Below, piece after piece: positions 25,787 to 36,177 of a stretch of DNA of 64,000 nucleotides. The DNA comes from Spirochaetaceae bacterium (lineage in GTDB: Bacteria; Spirochaetota; Spirochaetia; DSM-27196; PXBQ01): the NCBI GenBank assembly GCA_007695285.1, contig REEC01000123.1, forward strand, positions 3,351 through 67,350, given 5' to 3'. Under the pieces are notes generated by a model, which saw nothing but the letters and a program-made list of their open reading frames with translations, did no database searches and had not been told where the DNA came from. The position numbers and the translations under genes were made by a program. The stretch's first letter is position 1. Every line of letters starts with the position of its first letter.

Positions 25787-26644
25787 ATGAGAAATCGATT
25801 GGGATCACCATTCTACCGTGCAATTTTTCGCCTCACCGCAACTCGGCTTACCGTGGCAGTGATCGCGCTGCTAACTGTGGCCGTCTCGTGCTCTGCGCCC
25901 GTATCAAGCACCGGAGTCGTATCGTACCCCGGTGCGAAAGCCTTGAACGTAAACGCCGGTACTTTTTCCGTCGTCGTACGCGGTAGCGACAACGCGGGCA
26001 TCGTCATCGTGCCCGAGGCGGTCCCGGACGGATTCACGATCGTGCACGAAATGGTCGACGATACTGTTCACGTTCGGGTCGAGAAACCAATCGGATTTCT
26101 GCGCACGCCGACCAATGCGCGCATCGTGTTTCTAGTGCCGAGAGGCACGCTGATCACGACGTCCGGCACCGTCGGCGCGGTGACCGTCACGGGGATCTCA
26201 TCGGAGCACATAGCCGTACAGACGTCGACCGGAGCGGTACGAGTCACCGAAAGTAGCGGCACGCTCGCCGTCACGGCGACCGACGCGACCGTGGACATCG
26301 AGGATGTTCGTGGCGCCATCGAGGTCCGCACCGGCAACGCAAACGTCGAGTTCACAGGGTTCCGGGGTAGCGCCGCTGTCACGACGTCGGGAGGCTCGAT
26401 CACGGCCTCACGCGTAGCGATCACCGGCGACTCGACTTTTCGCAGCGGCACCGGTGACATCGACCTCGCGCTCGAGAACGGCTTTGACTCGATTCGGTTT
26501 GTCCTCAACTCGAGCCGTGGCGTCCTTCGGGTCGGCGGCAATACCGCATCGCGCAGCCTCACGTACGGCACCGGTCCGATCACGATCGAAGGGCACTCGT
26601 CCGGGGGCAACGTTTTTTTCCGACGCGAAACCGACGTGCAGTAA
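25787..26644 (+). CDS. DUF4097-like beta-repeat lipoprotein (putative adhesin fold)
   Basis: Lipobox AVSC. Repeated beta-strand pattern (G.V.V..SSG.L.V...DA.V.I..). Confidence 0.65.
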   Translation: MRNRLGSPFYRAIFRLTATRLTVAVIALLTVAVSCSAPVSSTGVVSYPGAKALNVNAGTFSVVVRGSDNAGIVIVPEAVPDGFTIVHEMVDDTVHVRVEKPIGFLRTPTNARIVFLVPRGTLITTSGTVGAVTVTGISSEHIAVQTSTGAVRVTESSGTLAVTATDATVDIEDVRGAIEVRTGNANVEFTGFRGSAAVTTSGGSITASRVAITGDSTFRSGTGDIDLALENGFDSIRFVLNSSRGVLRVGGNTASRSLTYGTGPITIEGHSSGGNVFFRRETDVQ

Positions 26645-26711
26645 CAAAGCACGCCGGTTAACAGAGATTGACACCCTGGCGTTTCAACGGCCCACGGTGT
26701 ACTCTCAAGGA

Positions 26712-27053
26712 ATGGAAACTCTATTCGACAAGATTCTCGCGGGTGAGATTCCGGCTACGGTCGTACATCAAGATGACGACGTGTTCGCGTTCAAGGACAT
26801 CAACCCACAAGCTCCCGTCCACGTTCTTGTGATACCCAAGAAGAGGGCACGGGGTTTCGAGTCGTTGAAGGACGCCACGGCCGCGGACGCCGGCGCGTTT
26901 ATTGCGGGCGTCGCGCGCGTCGCCGAAAAACTCGGGCTCGAGGAAAACGGCTACCGCGTGGTCTTCAACATCGGCAAGGACGGCCAACAGACGGTCGAGT
27001 ACCTTCACGCCCATATTCTCGGAGGTCGCAAACTCTCGTGGCCGCCGGGTTAG
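26712..27053 (+). CDS. HIT-family nucleotide hydrolase
   Basis: METLFDKILAGEIPA... and the histidine triad LHAHILGG. The ORF from 26454 is trimmed to ATG 26712. Confidence 0.9.
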   Translation: METLFDKILAGEIPATVVHQDDDVFAFKDINPQAPVHVLVIPKKRARGFESLKDATAADAGAFIAGVARVAEKLGLEENGYRVVFNIGKDGQQTVEYLHAHILGGRKLSWPPG

Positions 27054-27093
27054 GTTAGTTGCTTTTCGCGGACCATATTGATACAGTCTCCGC

Positions 27094-28875
27094 ATGGAAC
27101 AGTTCAAACGCTCGGCGACGTGCGGCGAGTTGGGCGCGCACGACGATGGGCGAAAGGTGACGCTCAACGGGTGGGTTCACCGAACTCGCGACCACGGTGG
27201 CGTGCATTTTTTTGACCTTCGCGACCGCTACGGTATAACGCAGATCGTCGTCGATACCGACGCACCCAACGGACTCGCCGAGCAGGCGGCTTCGCTCAAA
27301 CTCGAGTACTGCGTGGCGGTGATCGGAACGCTCCGCATGCGCCCCGAGGCGATGAGAAACCGCGAGATGCAGACCGGTGAGATCGAACTCGCCGCGGATA
27401 CGATCATCGTGCTCTCAAAGAGCGATACCCTCCCGTTCATGATCGAGGACAGCAGCGACGCAAAAGACGAGCTCCGGATGAAGTACCGATACCTCGATCT
27501 CCGCTCGTTCTCGATGCAACGGAAAATCGCGCTCCGACACGAAACGAGCTTTCGGATTCGGGAGTTCCTCACGCGGCACGGTTTCCTCGAGATCGAGACC
27601 CCCACAATGATCCGGTCGACGCCCGAGGGCGCACGAGACTTCCTGATTCCGTCGCGCCTTCATCATGGGAAGTTCTACGCGATGCCACAGTCGCCGCAAC
27701 TCTTCAAACAGATCCTGATGGTCGGCGGATTCGACAAGTACTTTCAGATCGCACACTGTTTTCGCGACGAGGACGCGCGTGGCGACCGACAGATCGAGCA
27801 TACGCAGATCGATATCGAGATGAGCTTCGTCTCAAAAGAGGACGTGTTCGAGACGGTCGAAGCGATGCTCGCGCACGTATTCTCGCACGCACTCGGTGTT
27901 TACCTGCAGACTCCGTTTAAGCGACTGACGTACGAAGAAGCGATGAACACGTACGGAAGCGACAAACCCGAACTCCGGGTCGGACTGGAGATCACCGATT
28001 TTGCCGCGATCGCGCGTGAGTCGTCTTTCCAGGTTTTCCGATCGGCGATCGCAGACGGCGGTGCGGTGAAAGCGCTCGTGATTCCGGGCGGAGCCGAGTA
28101 CTCGCGCAAACGCATCACCGAACTCGAGGATGTCGCAAAGACGTACGGTGCGAAGGGGCTCGCGTGGATGAGAGTTGCTCCGGGAGAATCCGGCGCCGTG
28201 CTCGACGGCGGTGTCTCAAAATTCTTCTCGGACGACACCGCCGCGGTCGTACGCGCGGTCGGGGCGACCCCCGGCGACCTCATCGTGATGGTCGCGGACT
28301 CGTGGCGCACCGCGTGTACCGCGATTGGCGCGGTCCGGCTCGACGTCGCGCGACGCGAAGGCCTGATCGCGCGCGGCACGTTCGAGTTCGCGTGGGTGAT
28401 CGACTTTCCGCTCTTCGAGTGGAACGACGACGAGAAGAAGTGGGACGCCGCGCACCACATGTTCTCGATGCCGCAAGAACGATTCATCGAAACGCTCGAG
28501 TCGGATCCGGGTGCGGTGAAAGGTGACCTCTACGACCTCGTGTGTAACGGTTTTGAACTCGCGTCGGGATCGATCAGGATCCACGACCCGGAACTACAGC
28601 GCCGGATATTCTCGATCATCGGGTTCGACGAGCAGGAAGCACAGCGACGGTTTGGGTTCCTGCTCGAGGCGTTCAAGTATGGACCTCCGCCGCACGGCGG
28701 GATCGCGCCCGGCCTCGACCGCCTCGTGATGATCATGGCCGAAGAGACGAGCATCCGCGAGGTTATAGCGTTCCCGAAGAACACGCAAGGAGTATCGCTC
28801 ATGGACGATTCGCCCGCCGAGGTCGATCCGGTTCAACTGGCCGAGCTCGGTCTGAAGGTGGTCGACCGGACGTGA
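27094..28875 (+). CDS. aspS: aspartate--tRNA ligase
   Basis: 593 aa. OB-fold N-terminus (LNGWVHRTRDHGGVHFFDLRD). Class II motifs (FRDEDARGDR, GELASGSIRIH, GIAPGLDR). Confidence 0.95.
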   Translation: MEQFKRSATCGELGAHDDGRKVTLNGWVHRTRDHGGVHFFDLRDRYGITQIVVDTDAPNGLAEQAASLKLEYCVAVIGTLRMRPEAMRNREMQTGEIELAADTIIVLSKSDTLPFMIEDSSDAKDELRMKYRYLDLRSFSMQRKIALRHETSFRIREFLTRHGFLEIETPTMIRSTPEGARDFLIPSRLHHGKFYAMPQSPQLFKQILMVGGFDKYFQIAHCFRDEDARGDRQIEHTQIDIEMSFVSKEDVFETVEAMLAHVFSHALGVYLQTPFKRLTYEEAMNTYGSDKPELRVGLEITDFAAIARESSFQVFRSAIADGGAVKALVIPGGAEYSRKRITELEDVAKTYGAKGLAWMRVAPGESGAVLDGGVSKFFSDDTAAVVRAVGATPGDLIVMVADSWRTACTAIGAVRLDVARREGLIARGTFEFAWVIDFPLFEWNDDEKKWDAAHHMFSMPQERFIETLESDPGAVKGDLYDLVCNGFELASGSIRIHDPELQRRIFSIIGFDEQEAQRRFGFLLEAFKYGPPPHGGIAPGLDRLVMIMAEETSIREVIAFPKNTQGVSLMDDSPAEVDPVQLAELGLKVVDRT

Positions 28876-28908
28876 ATACCGGACATGAACACAAAGAAGG
28901 AGAGCACA

Positions 28909-30081
28909 ATGTACACGATCAAGACTTTGAACAAAATTTCCGAACGGGGACTTTCCCAGTTCGATCCTGAACTTTTTACGGTATCGGCGGACGCCGACGA
29001 ACCGGATGGGATCTTGGTCCGCAGCGCGGACCTGCACTCGACCGAGCTTCCACGATCGGTGCGCGCGATCGCCCGCGCGGGTGCGGGAGTTAACAACATT
29101 CCGGTCGATCGCTGCAGCGAACGCGGAATCGTCGTGTTCAATACACCCGGAGCGAACGCGAACAGCGTCAAGGAACTCGTTATCTGCGGTATGCTACTCG
29201 CATCGCGTGACATCCACGGAGGCGTCGCGTGGGTCAAGTCTCTCGCGGGGAGCGAGGTCGACGTGCCCGCGGCGGTGGAAAAAGAAAAATCCCGTTTCGC
29301 CGGGCCCGAGATCCTCGGCAAGAAACTCGGTGTCGTGGGACTCGGAGCGATCGGGGTTCTGGTCGCGAACGCCGCCGACGCGCTCGGCATGGAAGTGATC
29401 GGGTACGATCCGTTCATCTCGGTCGACTCGGCGTGGGGGCTCTCGAGAGGAGTGCGGCGCGCCCGGTCGCTCGAGTCGCTTCTCGCGGAGGCCGATTTCC
29501 TCACACTGCACGTTCCACAGAACGACAGCACGAAAGGAATGATCAACAAAGACACGATCCCCACAATGAAGAAAGGCGTTCGCATCATGAACTTCGCGCG
29601 CGGCGGACTCGTCGAGACGGCCGACATTGTCGCCGCCGTCAGAGCCGGCCACGTCGCGGGATACGTCACGGACTTTCCGGATCAGGTAATGGTCGGCGAG
29701 CCGAAAATCCTTACGATCCCGCACTTGGGGGCCTCGACGCCCGAAGCCGAAGAGAACTGCGCCGAAATGGCCGTGCGCCAGATCAGTGCCTTCCTCGAAC
29801 ACGGCGTGATCCGGAACGCGGTTAACTTCCCGGAATGTGTGCTTGACCGATCGGGCGCGCCACGGCTACTCATCGCGAACAAAAACATTCCGAACATGGT
29901 CGGCCAGATCACAACGATTCTCGCCAACGAAAAACTCAATATTTTGGATATGATCAACCGCCATCGGGGCGAGTACGCGTACAACATTATCGACATCAAG
30001 GGCGAACCGTCGCCCAAAGCGGTGGAGAAAATCCGCGAAATCGACGGCGTCATCATGGTCCGAACGCTGGAGGCTCAATGA
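28909..30081 (+). CDS. serA: D-3-phosphoglycerate dehydrogenase
   Basis: 2-hydroxyacid dehydrogenase fold ([18 protein letters not shown]) with a C-terminal ACT-like domain. AAGGAGAG before ATG 28909. Confidence 0.85.
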   Translation: MYTIKTLNKISERGLSQFDPELFTVSADADEPDGILVRSADLHSTELPRSVRAIARAGAGVNNIPVDRCSERGIVVFNTPGANANSVKELVICGMLLASRDIHGGVAWVKSLAGSEVDVPAAVEKEKSRFAGPEILGKKLGVVGLGAIGVLVANAADALGMEVIGYDPFISVDSAWGLSRGVRRARSLESLLAEADFLTLHVPQNDSTKGMINKDTIPTMKKGVRIMNFARGGLVETADIVAAVRAGHVAGYVTDFPDQVMVGEPKILTIPHLGASTPEAEENCAEMAVRQISAFLEHGVIRNAVNFPECVLDRSGAPRLLIANKNIPNMVGQITTILANEKLNILDMINRHRGEYAYNIIDIKGEPSPKAVEKIREIDGVIMVRTLEAQ

Positions 30082-31097
30082 AAAAGGCTCATCTTCTGCC
30101 GGTTCTCGGCCTGTTTGTTCTTCTGACGCACTGCGCCGACGCGGCCGATCTGTCTGACGGTCTCTACGCCAAGCTCAAAACGAACCGAGGAGACATTGTC
30201 GTTGAGTTGGAGTTCGAAAAAACGCCGCTCACGGTGATCAACTTCGTCGGTCTTGCCGAAGGTACTTTGCCGTCGAGTCGTGGTGAAGACGTGCGGTACT
30301 ACGATGGTCTCACGTTTCACCGCGTGATCGACGACTTCATGATCCAGGGTGGCGATCCGCGAGGCGACGGGACAGGCGGGCCGGGGTATCAGTTCCCGGA
30401 TGAATTTCACCCTGATCTCCGTCACGACGGCCCAGGCGTTCTTTCGATGGCGAACTCGGGACCGAACACGAACGGCAGTCAGTTCTTCATCACGCACGTT
30501 GAAACACCGTGGCTCGACGATCGGCACTCCGTGTTCGGACGCGTCGTTCAAGGGCAAAGCGTCGTCAACGCGATACGGCAGGGCGATACGATCAAGAAAG
30601 TCGAGATTCTTCGGATCGGGGAGGCAGCGCGCGGGTTTACCGCAGACGTTCGCGCGTATCGCGCTGCGTACGACGCGGTCGGATCGCGCGCGGAGGATCT
30701 CGCTGCAGCAAGCCGACGAAACACGATCAACTCTATCCGCGAAACCTGGCCAGGCCTGGTCGAGTCGGATGACGGGATTTTCCTCGAGATTCTGGAACCC
30801 GGTACGGGACCGAAACCGACGCCGGGCTCGCGCGTAACGGTCCACTACACGGGCCGCCTCATCGACGGACGGGTCTTTGACTCTTCGATCGCGCGTGACG
30901 AGCCGCTTGTGCTTGCCGCAGGGGTCGGGCAGGTTATCCCGGGCTGGGACATCACGCTTCTGGACATGCAACGGGGCGAGAAACGGCTCATCGTGCTGCC
31001 GCCCGAACTCGCGTACGGTAGCCGCGGCGTCGGCCCGATTCCGCCGAACGCCTTTCTGGTGTTCGAGATCGAGTTACTCGGCTTCGAGAACGACTGA
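30078..31097 (+). CDS. secreted dual-family peptidyl-prolyl isomerase (cyclophilin N-domain + FKBP C-domain)
   Basis: Signal peptide. Cyclophilin blocks [15 protein letters not shown] and [21 protein letters not shown] blocks [18 protein letters not shown] and [12 protein letters not shown] overlap with the serA stop. Confidence 0.9.
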   Translation: MKKAHLLPVLGLFVLLTHCADAADLSDGLYAKLKTNRGDIVVELEFEKTPLTVINFVGLAEGTLPSSRGEDVRYYDGLTFHRVIDDFMIQGGDPRGDGTGGPGYQFPDEFHPDLRHDGPGVLSMANSGPNTNGSQFFITHVETPWLDDRHSVFGRVVQGQSVVNAIRQGDTIKKVEILRIGEAARGFTADVRAYRAAYDAVGSRAEDLAAASRRNTINSIRETWPGLVESDDGIFLEILEPGTGPKPTPGSRVTVHYTGRLIDGRVFDSSIARDEPLVLAAGVGQVIPGWDITLLDMQRGEKRLIVLPPELAYGSRGVGPIPPNAFLVFEIELLGFEND

Positions 31098-31103
31098 GCC
31101 GAA

Positions 31104-32552
31104 CTAATCCTCGAGCTCGGTGTACGCGGATCGCAAATCGTCGAGGTAGCGGGTTAACTCGTCGGATTTATCCTTGATCATCGTAAACGATGAGCTCTGC
31201 GTCGGGGGCGAGACGCTTTTCATCCGGGCCAGATCGATCTGCATCTGTTTCAACGCGTTAAGCGACGAGTTCAGCCGAAGCGCAAGAACCTCGCGCTCGT
31301 TCCGGAGTTCGCGGAGCGACGACCTCTGACGCTCGATCTCTTCGATCGAACGCGAGTACTCGGCGACCATACGCGCGTCGTCACTCGACTCTTGCTTCCG
31401 TACGAGCGCGGCGAGGTCGCGGTCGAGTTCGCCGGTCGGGATTCCTCGGATTATCTGATCGATCTCGGCGCTCTTCTGCTCGAGTTCCTCGATCTGAGCG
31501 ACGTAGTTATCGAGAACCGGGACAAACTCATCACCAAACGGAGCGTTGTCTCCGAACGATTTGGCCTGGTCCAAAATCGTATCGCGGATACGCCTCGCCT
31601 GCTCTGCACGCCCGCTCGCAGCCGCGACGCTCTTTCGACGTGGAAGGACCCGCGCACCGGCGTCCTTAAGGCGCTTGAGAAGCGATCGTTTCCGAGCCAG
31701 ATACGTCGCGGTGTGCGTGACGACACCGATCGCCATTCCCCCGACCGGGAACAGGAACCAGAGGAACCCCGGTGACGTGACCATGTTAATCGTCATCAGG
31801 AGAAGCGACACGGCCGCATTCGATACGACGTGGCCCACCCACGACGCGCGCGCTTTTGCCAGACGGCGGAACACTCGCAACTGTTCACGATTCATGTCGT
31901 CAAAAGACGTGAGTTCCTTGTGTTCCTTGTTTTTGCACCACGTCGACGCGAAGTGGCTCGCGAAACCGATCCCCCACCCCAGGAACGGGAAGAGAAACCA
32001 CGGAAACCCACCGCCCGCGACAAACAGCCAGACGCCGAAGAGAAACACCTGAACACCGAGAAATGCCGTCGCGTGCCCGATGAACCCCGCGCGGGCGCGC
32101 CGCGCGACGTGCCCTGCGTGCTCGGTATACGCATCGAACAGTGATTCGTCGTCACTCGCCTCGAGCACCTGGTCCCATTGGTGTTCTACGCGCTCGAGCT
32201 CGTCGTCGTCCTCGTACTCTCCGGGCAGAGGCACTCTCGGCGACTGCTGGGACGAAACGCCGGAACGATCGGCAAAATCCGCGTTTACACCGTCTGTTCG
32301 CGTGAGAAACCCCATGCGTGCGAGCCGTTCGAGTACGGCAGCGGCTTCGGCATCGTGGCGGCCGATCGAGGTTGCGGCTTCACCGATCGAGATACGCCGT
32401 GCGCGCCTCTTGATCTCGGCGAGAACCTCGTGCTTAATTGACTCGAATGTATCCGCGGAAAATGCGTCGTCGGCGCTCACGCGCTGCGCGTCATCGTCCG
32501 CCCGATCGTCGTCGTCTTTGTTAGGGTCGTTGCTTTCCATCCCCGGCCACAA
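31104..32552 (-). CDS. membrane protein with two 2TM-type hairpins and a C-terminal coiled coil
   Basis: Acidic N-terminus. Two similar double-helix hydrophobic modules (GFPWFLFPFLGWGIGF and GFLWFLFPVGGMAIGV). Long heptad-rich tail. Confidence 0.65.
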   Translation of the reverse strand: MWPGMESNDPNKDDDDRADDDAQRVSADDAFSADTFESIKHEVLAEIKRRARRISIGEAATSIGRHDAEAAAVLERLARMGFLTRTDGVNADFADRSGVSSQQSPRVPLPGEYEDDDELERVEHQWDQVLEASDDESLFDAYTEHAGHVARRARAGFIGHATAFLGVQVFLFGVWLFVAGGGFPWFLFPFLGWGIGFASHFASTWCKNKEHKELTSFDDMNREQLRVFRRLAKARASWVGHVVSNAAVSLLLMTINMVTSPGFLWFLFPVGGMAIGVVTHTATYLARKRSLLKRLKDAGARVLPRRKSVAAASGRAEQARRIRDTILDQAKSFGDNAPFGDEFVPVLDNYVAQIEELEQKSAEIDQIIRGIPTGELDRDLAALVRKQESSDDARMVAEYSRSIEEIERQRSSLRELRNEREVLALRLNSSLNALKQMQIDLARMKSVSPPTQSSSFTMIKDKSDELTRYLDDLRSAYTELED

Positions 32553-32605
32553 TACGGCGACGTCGGCATTAAGTCAATGATTCCGGCAATACGATGAGGT
32601 CAGCA

Positions 32606-34129
32606 ATGGCAAAAAAGGAACGGACCCGATTCGTTTGTTCGTCGTGTGGACACGAGGAACCGCGGTGGCTCGGTAGATGCCCGGACTGCAGCGAGTGGAA
32701 CACGCTGATCGAGACGCGCGTTCCCGTTGCGCAACGCGCGGGTGCCGCGCCGGACCGCTCGGCGCGTGAGGCCGCCCCCGCACCGACCGCGCTATCGGAG
32801 ATCACGGTGCGATCGGACTTGCGACGCCCGTTCGGGATCGACGAACTCGACCGTGTTCTCGGTGGTGGCGTGCCGCGCGGGGCGTCGGTGTTGATCGGTG
32901 GCCAGCCCGGAATCGGTAAATCGACTTTGATGCTCCAGGCGGTCGGGGGACTGAAAAACACCTCGGTGTTGTACGTCGCCGGCGAAGAGTCGAAATCGCA
33001 GATCAAAGTCCGGGCGGACAGACTCGGCGTATCGGGAGACGCCGTCAGCATCACAACCGAAGTCGAGATCGAGGCCTTGCTCGACCTTGTCCGCGCAGCC
33101 AAGCCCGACGTGATTGTCGTCGACTCGATCCAGACGTTGTACGCCGCCGAGCTCGGAGCGGTTCCCGGCACCGTGAACCAGATCAAGTACTGTGCGTTCG
33201 AACTGATCGAGTGGGCGCGCACGTACGACGCATCGATCTTCTTTGTCGCACACGTCACGAAGGACGGCGTAATCGCCGGTCCGAAAGTCGTCGAACACAT
33301 GGTCGACGCGGTGCTATTCTTCGACGACTCGGGAGGCGAGCTCCGCTTCCTCCGGGCTTCCAAGAATCGGTTTGGGTCGACCGACGAAATCGGCATCTTC
33401 GCGATGGACGAACGCGGCCTGCACCCCATTACCGACCCGTCGTCACTCTTCGTCGTGGTCCGCGACGGCGCGCTGCCGCCGGGCGTCGTGGTTGCGCCCG
33501 TGTACGAAGGTTCGCGGATCCTTCTCGTCGAGATCCAGGCGTTGACCGTGACGGCGAAAAGCGGGCTTTCACGCGTGTACTCCGATCGCATCGACTCGAG
33601 CCGTGTCGCGCGTGTGGCGGCTGTGATCGAAAGGCACGTCGGGGTGAGGTTGTCCGATCAGGATATCTACGTGAACGTCGCCGGAGGGATGCGCATCTCC
33701 GAAGTGGGGATTGAGCTTCCGCTCGCGGCCGCGTTGTACTCGGCGCGCACGGGGCTGGCGGTTCCTGCGGGTACGACCGTCGTCGGCGAGCTAAGCCTCG
33801 CGGGCGAAATCCGGCCGGTGACGCATATAAGGCGAAGGGCCAAAGCCGCCCGTGAGATGGGACTCGTCAGGCTGATCGGTCCCGCCTCGGATGCACGAGA
33901 CCGCGCGAATCAGCGTGGTGCCGACGGTGATTCCGACGACGCCGCGCAGGATCCGATTGAAATGTACACGACCGCTTCGACAATCGCGGCGTGCATCAAG
34001 AACGTATTTCAGCTCACAAACGAACCGTTGCGCGCGGCGGCCGCGCGCTCAGACGCCGGGCATCAGGAACGGAAGAGCGACGAACGTTCCGATCGCGCTG
34101 CCGACGGTCGAGAAGAAGAAAACAAGTAG
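32606..34129 (+). CDS. radA: DNA repair protein RadA
   Basis: Zinc finger CSSCGHEEPRWLGRCPDCSEWNT. Walker A GGQPGIGKST. KNRFG motif. Lon-like C-domain. An extra ~40-aa charged tail follows. Confidence 0.95.
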   Translation: MAKKERTRFVCSSCGHEEPRWLGRCPDCSEWNTLIETRVPVAQRAGAAPDRSAREAAPAPTALSEITVRSDLRRPFGIDELDRVLGGGVPRGASVLIGGQPGIGKSTLMLQAVGGLKNTSVLYVAGEESKSQIKVRADRLGVSGDAVSITTEVEIEALLDLVRAAKPDVIVVDSIQTLYAAELGAVPGTVNQIKYCAFELIEWARTYDASIFFVAHVTKDGVIAGPKVVEHMVDAVLFFDDSGGELRFLRASKNRFGSTDEIGIFAMDERGLHPITDPSSLFVVVRDGALPPGVVVAPVYEGSRILLVEIQALTVTAKSGLSRVYSDRIDSSRVARVAAVIERHVGVRLSDQDIYVNVAGGMRISEVGIELPLAAALYSARTGLAVPAGTTVVGELSLAGEIRPVTHIRRRAKAAREMGLVRLIGPASDARDRANQRGADGDSDDAAQDPIEMYTTASTIAACIKNVFQLTNEPLRAAAARSDAGHQERKSDERSDRAADGREEENK

Positions 34130-35221
34130 GATACGCGTGAGCCGGTTTCGGAAGAAACCTCGGAACGTCAGGATATCGTCTTGGATCGCCTCGAAGTCCT
34201 GAACGCGCGGCTTCCGCACGACCGCTTCGATCAACCCCGTGACGAACCCGACGCCGATCGTGGGGTTCATCGATGTGACCGGAGCCGCGACAAACGCGGC
34301 GACCACGGTGATCGGGTGTGCAAACGCGACCGCGGCGCCGATCGCCGAGAGCGTCCCGTTTACGAGGATCCACCGCATCAACATCTGAATCCCTCCGTCC
34401 CACCCGGAGCGGTAGAATCCCCATCCGATCAAGCCGACCACGATCGCGGGGATAACCCACTTGATCGACCGCGCGATGATACCCGGAGGAGGAACGACCG
34501 CAAGATCGTCGATAATCGGCGGATCGTCGGACTTACTGAAACGATCGAGTTCCCTCACGATGCCCGGAACATGGCCCGCCCCGACTACCGCGACGATCTT
34601 GGCGCCCGTTGCGGTGTAAATGTTCGCCGCGAGATACGTGTCGCGCTCGTCGATCAGAACTTTTTTGGCCGCGGGAAGGTAGTCGGAAAGCTCGTCGAGC
34701 ATCTCGTCGAGCGCGCTCTTCCGTTTGAGCGCCTCGATCTCCTCGGCACCGAGCTTCTCGCGCGTGAAGATCGACCCAAGAAGCGCCGCGAGCATCTTGT
34801 TTTTCGCCCACAGGCTGCTCTTAGCCCATGCACGCCGAAGCGTCGTGTGAATCTCCCTATCGCACAGACTGTACGGGATCCCGAGTTCGCGTGCCGACTC
34901 GATCGCTTCAAGCATCTCCTCGCCGGGTTTCACGCCGAGATCGAGCCCAAGTCGCCTCTGGAACGACGATAGAACGAGATTGGCGAGCAGCAGGAAACCT
35001 TTCCGTTGTTTGATGACCTGAAAGATATCGAGTGACGACCACGAATTCCCCTCGGTCAACGCGCGTTCCCGCGACGCGTCGATCTCGACGCATACCCGAT
35101 CCGGACGTTCGTCGGCGATGATCGCCTTGACTTCGGTTACGCTGTCGCGTGAGACGTGTGCGGTACCGACAATAATAATTTCGCGCCCGTTGCTTTCAAC
35201 TCGTGTTACTGAATCGCTCAT
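34049..35221 (-). CDS. TraB/GumN family protein
   Basis: REIIIVGTAHVSRDSV N-terminal signature with C-terminal TM segments. Confidence 0.8.
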   Translation of the reverse strand: MSDSVTRVESNGREIIIVGTAHVSRDSVTEVKAIIADERPDRVCVEIDASRERALTEGNSWSSLDIFQVIKQRKGFLLLANLVLSSFQRRLGLDLGVKPGEEMLEAIESARELGIPYSLCDREIHTTLRRAWAKSSLWAKNKMLAALLGSIFTREKLGAEEIEALKRKSALDEMLDELSDYLPAAKKVLIDERDTYLAANIYTATGAKIVAVVGAGHVPGIVRELDRFSKSDDPPIIDDLAVVPPPGIIARSIKWVIPAIVVGLIGWGFYRSGWDGGIQMLMRWILVNGTLSAIGAAVAFAHPITVVAAFVAAPVTSMNPTIGVGFVTGLIEAVVRKPRVQDFEAIQDDILTFRGFFRNRLTRILLVFFFSTVGSAIGTFVALPFLMPGV

Positions 35222-36177
35222 GTTGCCTTCCCCATCGCAGCAAGGAACCGTTTACGCAGACCTTCCTCACCCGGGAAGAGGTCACGCGGAATGCTTCCGC
35301 CGCCCATATGTATGTGCCCACCGCCGGAACCGATGCCCGAGAGTGCCTTCCGAATCACGATGTCCGACGGTCGACCGACGTCGTCGCTTCGAACCGAGAG
35401 CCGGTACTCGTCGCGATCGGGTTGTACGACGACGACAAAGTTCAACTCACGGAGCCCGAGAAAGAAGTCCGCGACAAGCGCCATGACCTCAACGCTACAC
35501 TCCTTCTGGATCGGCACGAAGCAGAAGTCCTCCGCAACGATGCACGCGTTGATCGCCTCCCGGAACACGCCGAGGTCGTGCAGCGACAGCGAGTTTCGCA
35601 GGAGTTTGCTGCCTGACTTCCAGTCGCCCTGGAAAAACAGCGTCGTAAACGCCTCAAGGTCGACGAGCGCCACGCCTCGCGTCATGAAAGCCGTGTCCAT
35701 CATGACACCCATCAGTAACGCGGTCGCGATGCTCTTCGGCAGGTCGGTTTTGGAGATCTTGTAGTACTCGTACAGAATAGTGCAACACGAACCGTAGTTC
35801 GGACGAATGTCCCAGTACTTGCAGTCCGGCTCTATCGGGGGGCTGTGATGATCGATCACCGCGACCACTTCGCCGGGTAGGCCCGCTACGTTTCGATTGC
35901 CGATGAAACCGTCGACGATTATTATCTGGCTCTGGTCGTCCATCGGTACGTCGCGCGACGCTGCAATCGGAATCTCGAGCATCGAGATCGCTTCGGTGAG
36001 CGATGTACTTTGAATGTCGCCACCGTAACACAGCCGGGGAGCAAGCCCGTTGACCTTCAACAGATGAGTCAACGCAAACGCCGATGCAACAGCATCGTGA
36101 TCGGGGAAGTCGTGCGCCTGAACGACGATATCACGTTTCTTGTCGAGAACCGAAATGAGCTCCTGGATGCCTTTCAT
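35218..36177 (-). CDS. DHH-family phosphoesterase (NrnA-like)
   Basis: Motifs HDFPDHDAV, VIDHH and GGGHIHMGG. Confidence 0.85.
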   Translation of the reverse strand: MKGIQELISVLDKKRDIVVQAHDFPDHDAVASAFALTHLLKVNGLAPRLCYGGDIQSTSLTEAISMLEIPIAASRDVPMDDQSQIIIVDGFIGNRNVAGLPGEVVAVIDHHSPPIEPDCKYWDIRPNYGSCCTILYEYYKISKTDLPKSIATALLMGVMMDTAFMTRGVALVDLEAFTTLFFQGDWKSGSKLLRNSLSLHDLGVFREAINACIVAEDFCFVPIQKECSVEVMALVADFFLGLRELNFVVVVQPDRDEYRLSVRSDDVGRPSDIVIRKALSGIGSGGGHIHMGGGSIPRDLFPGEEGLRKRFLAAMGKAT

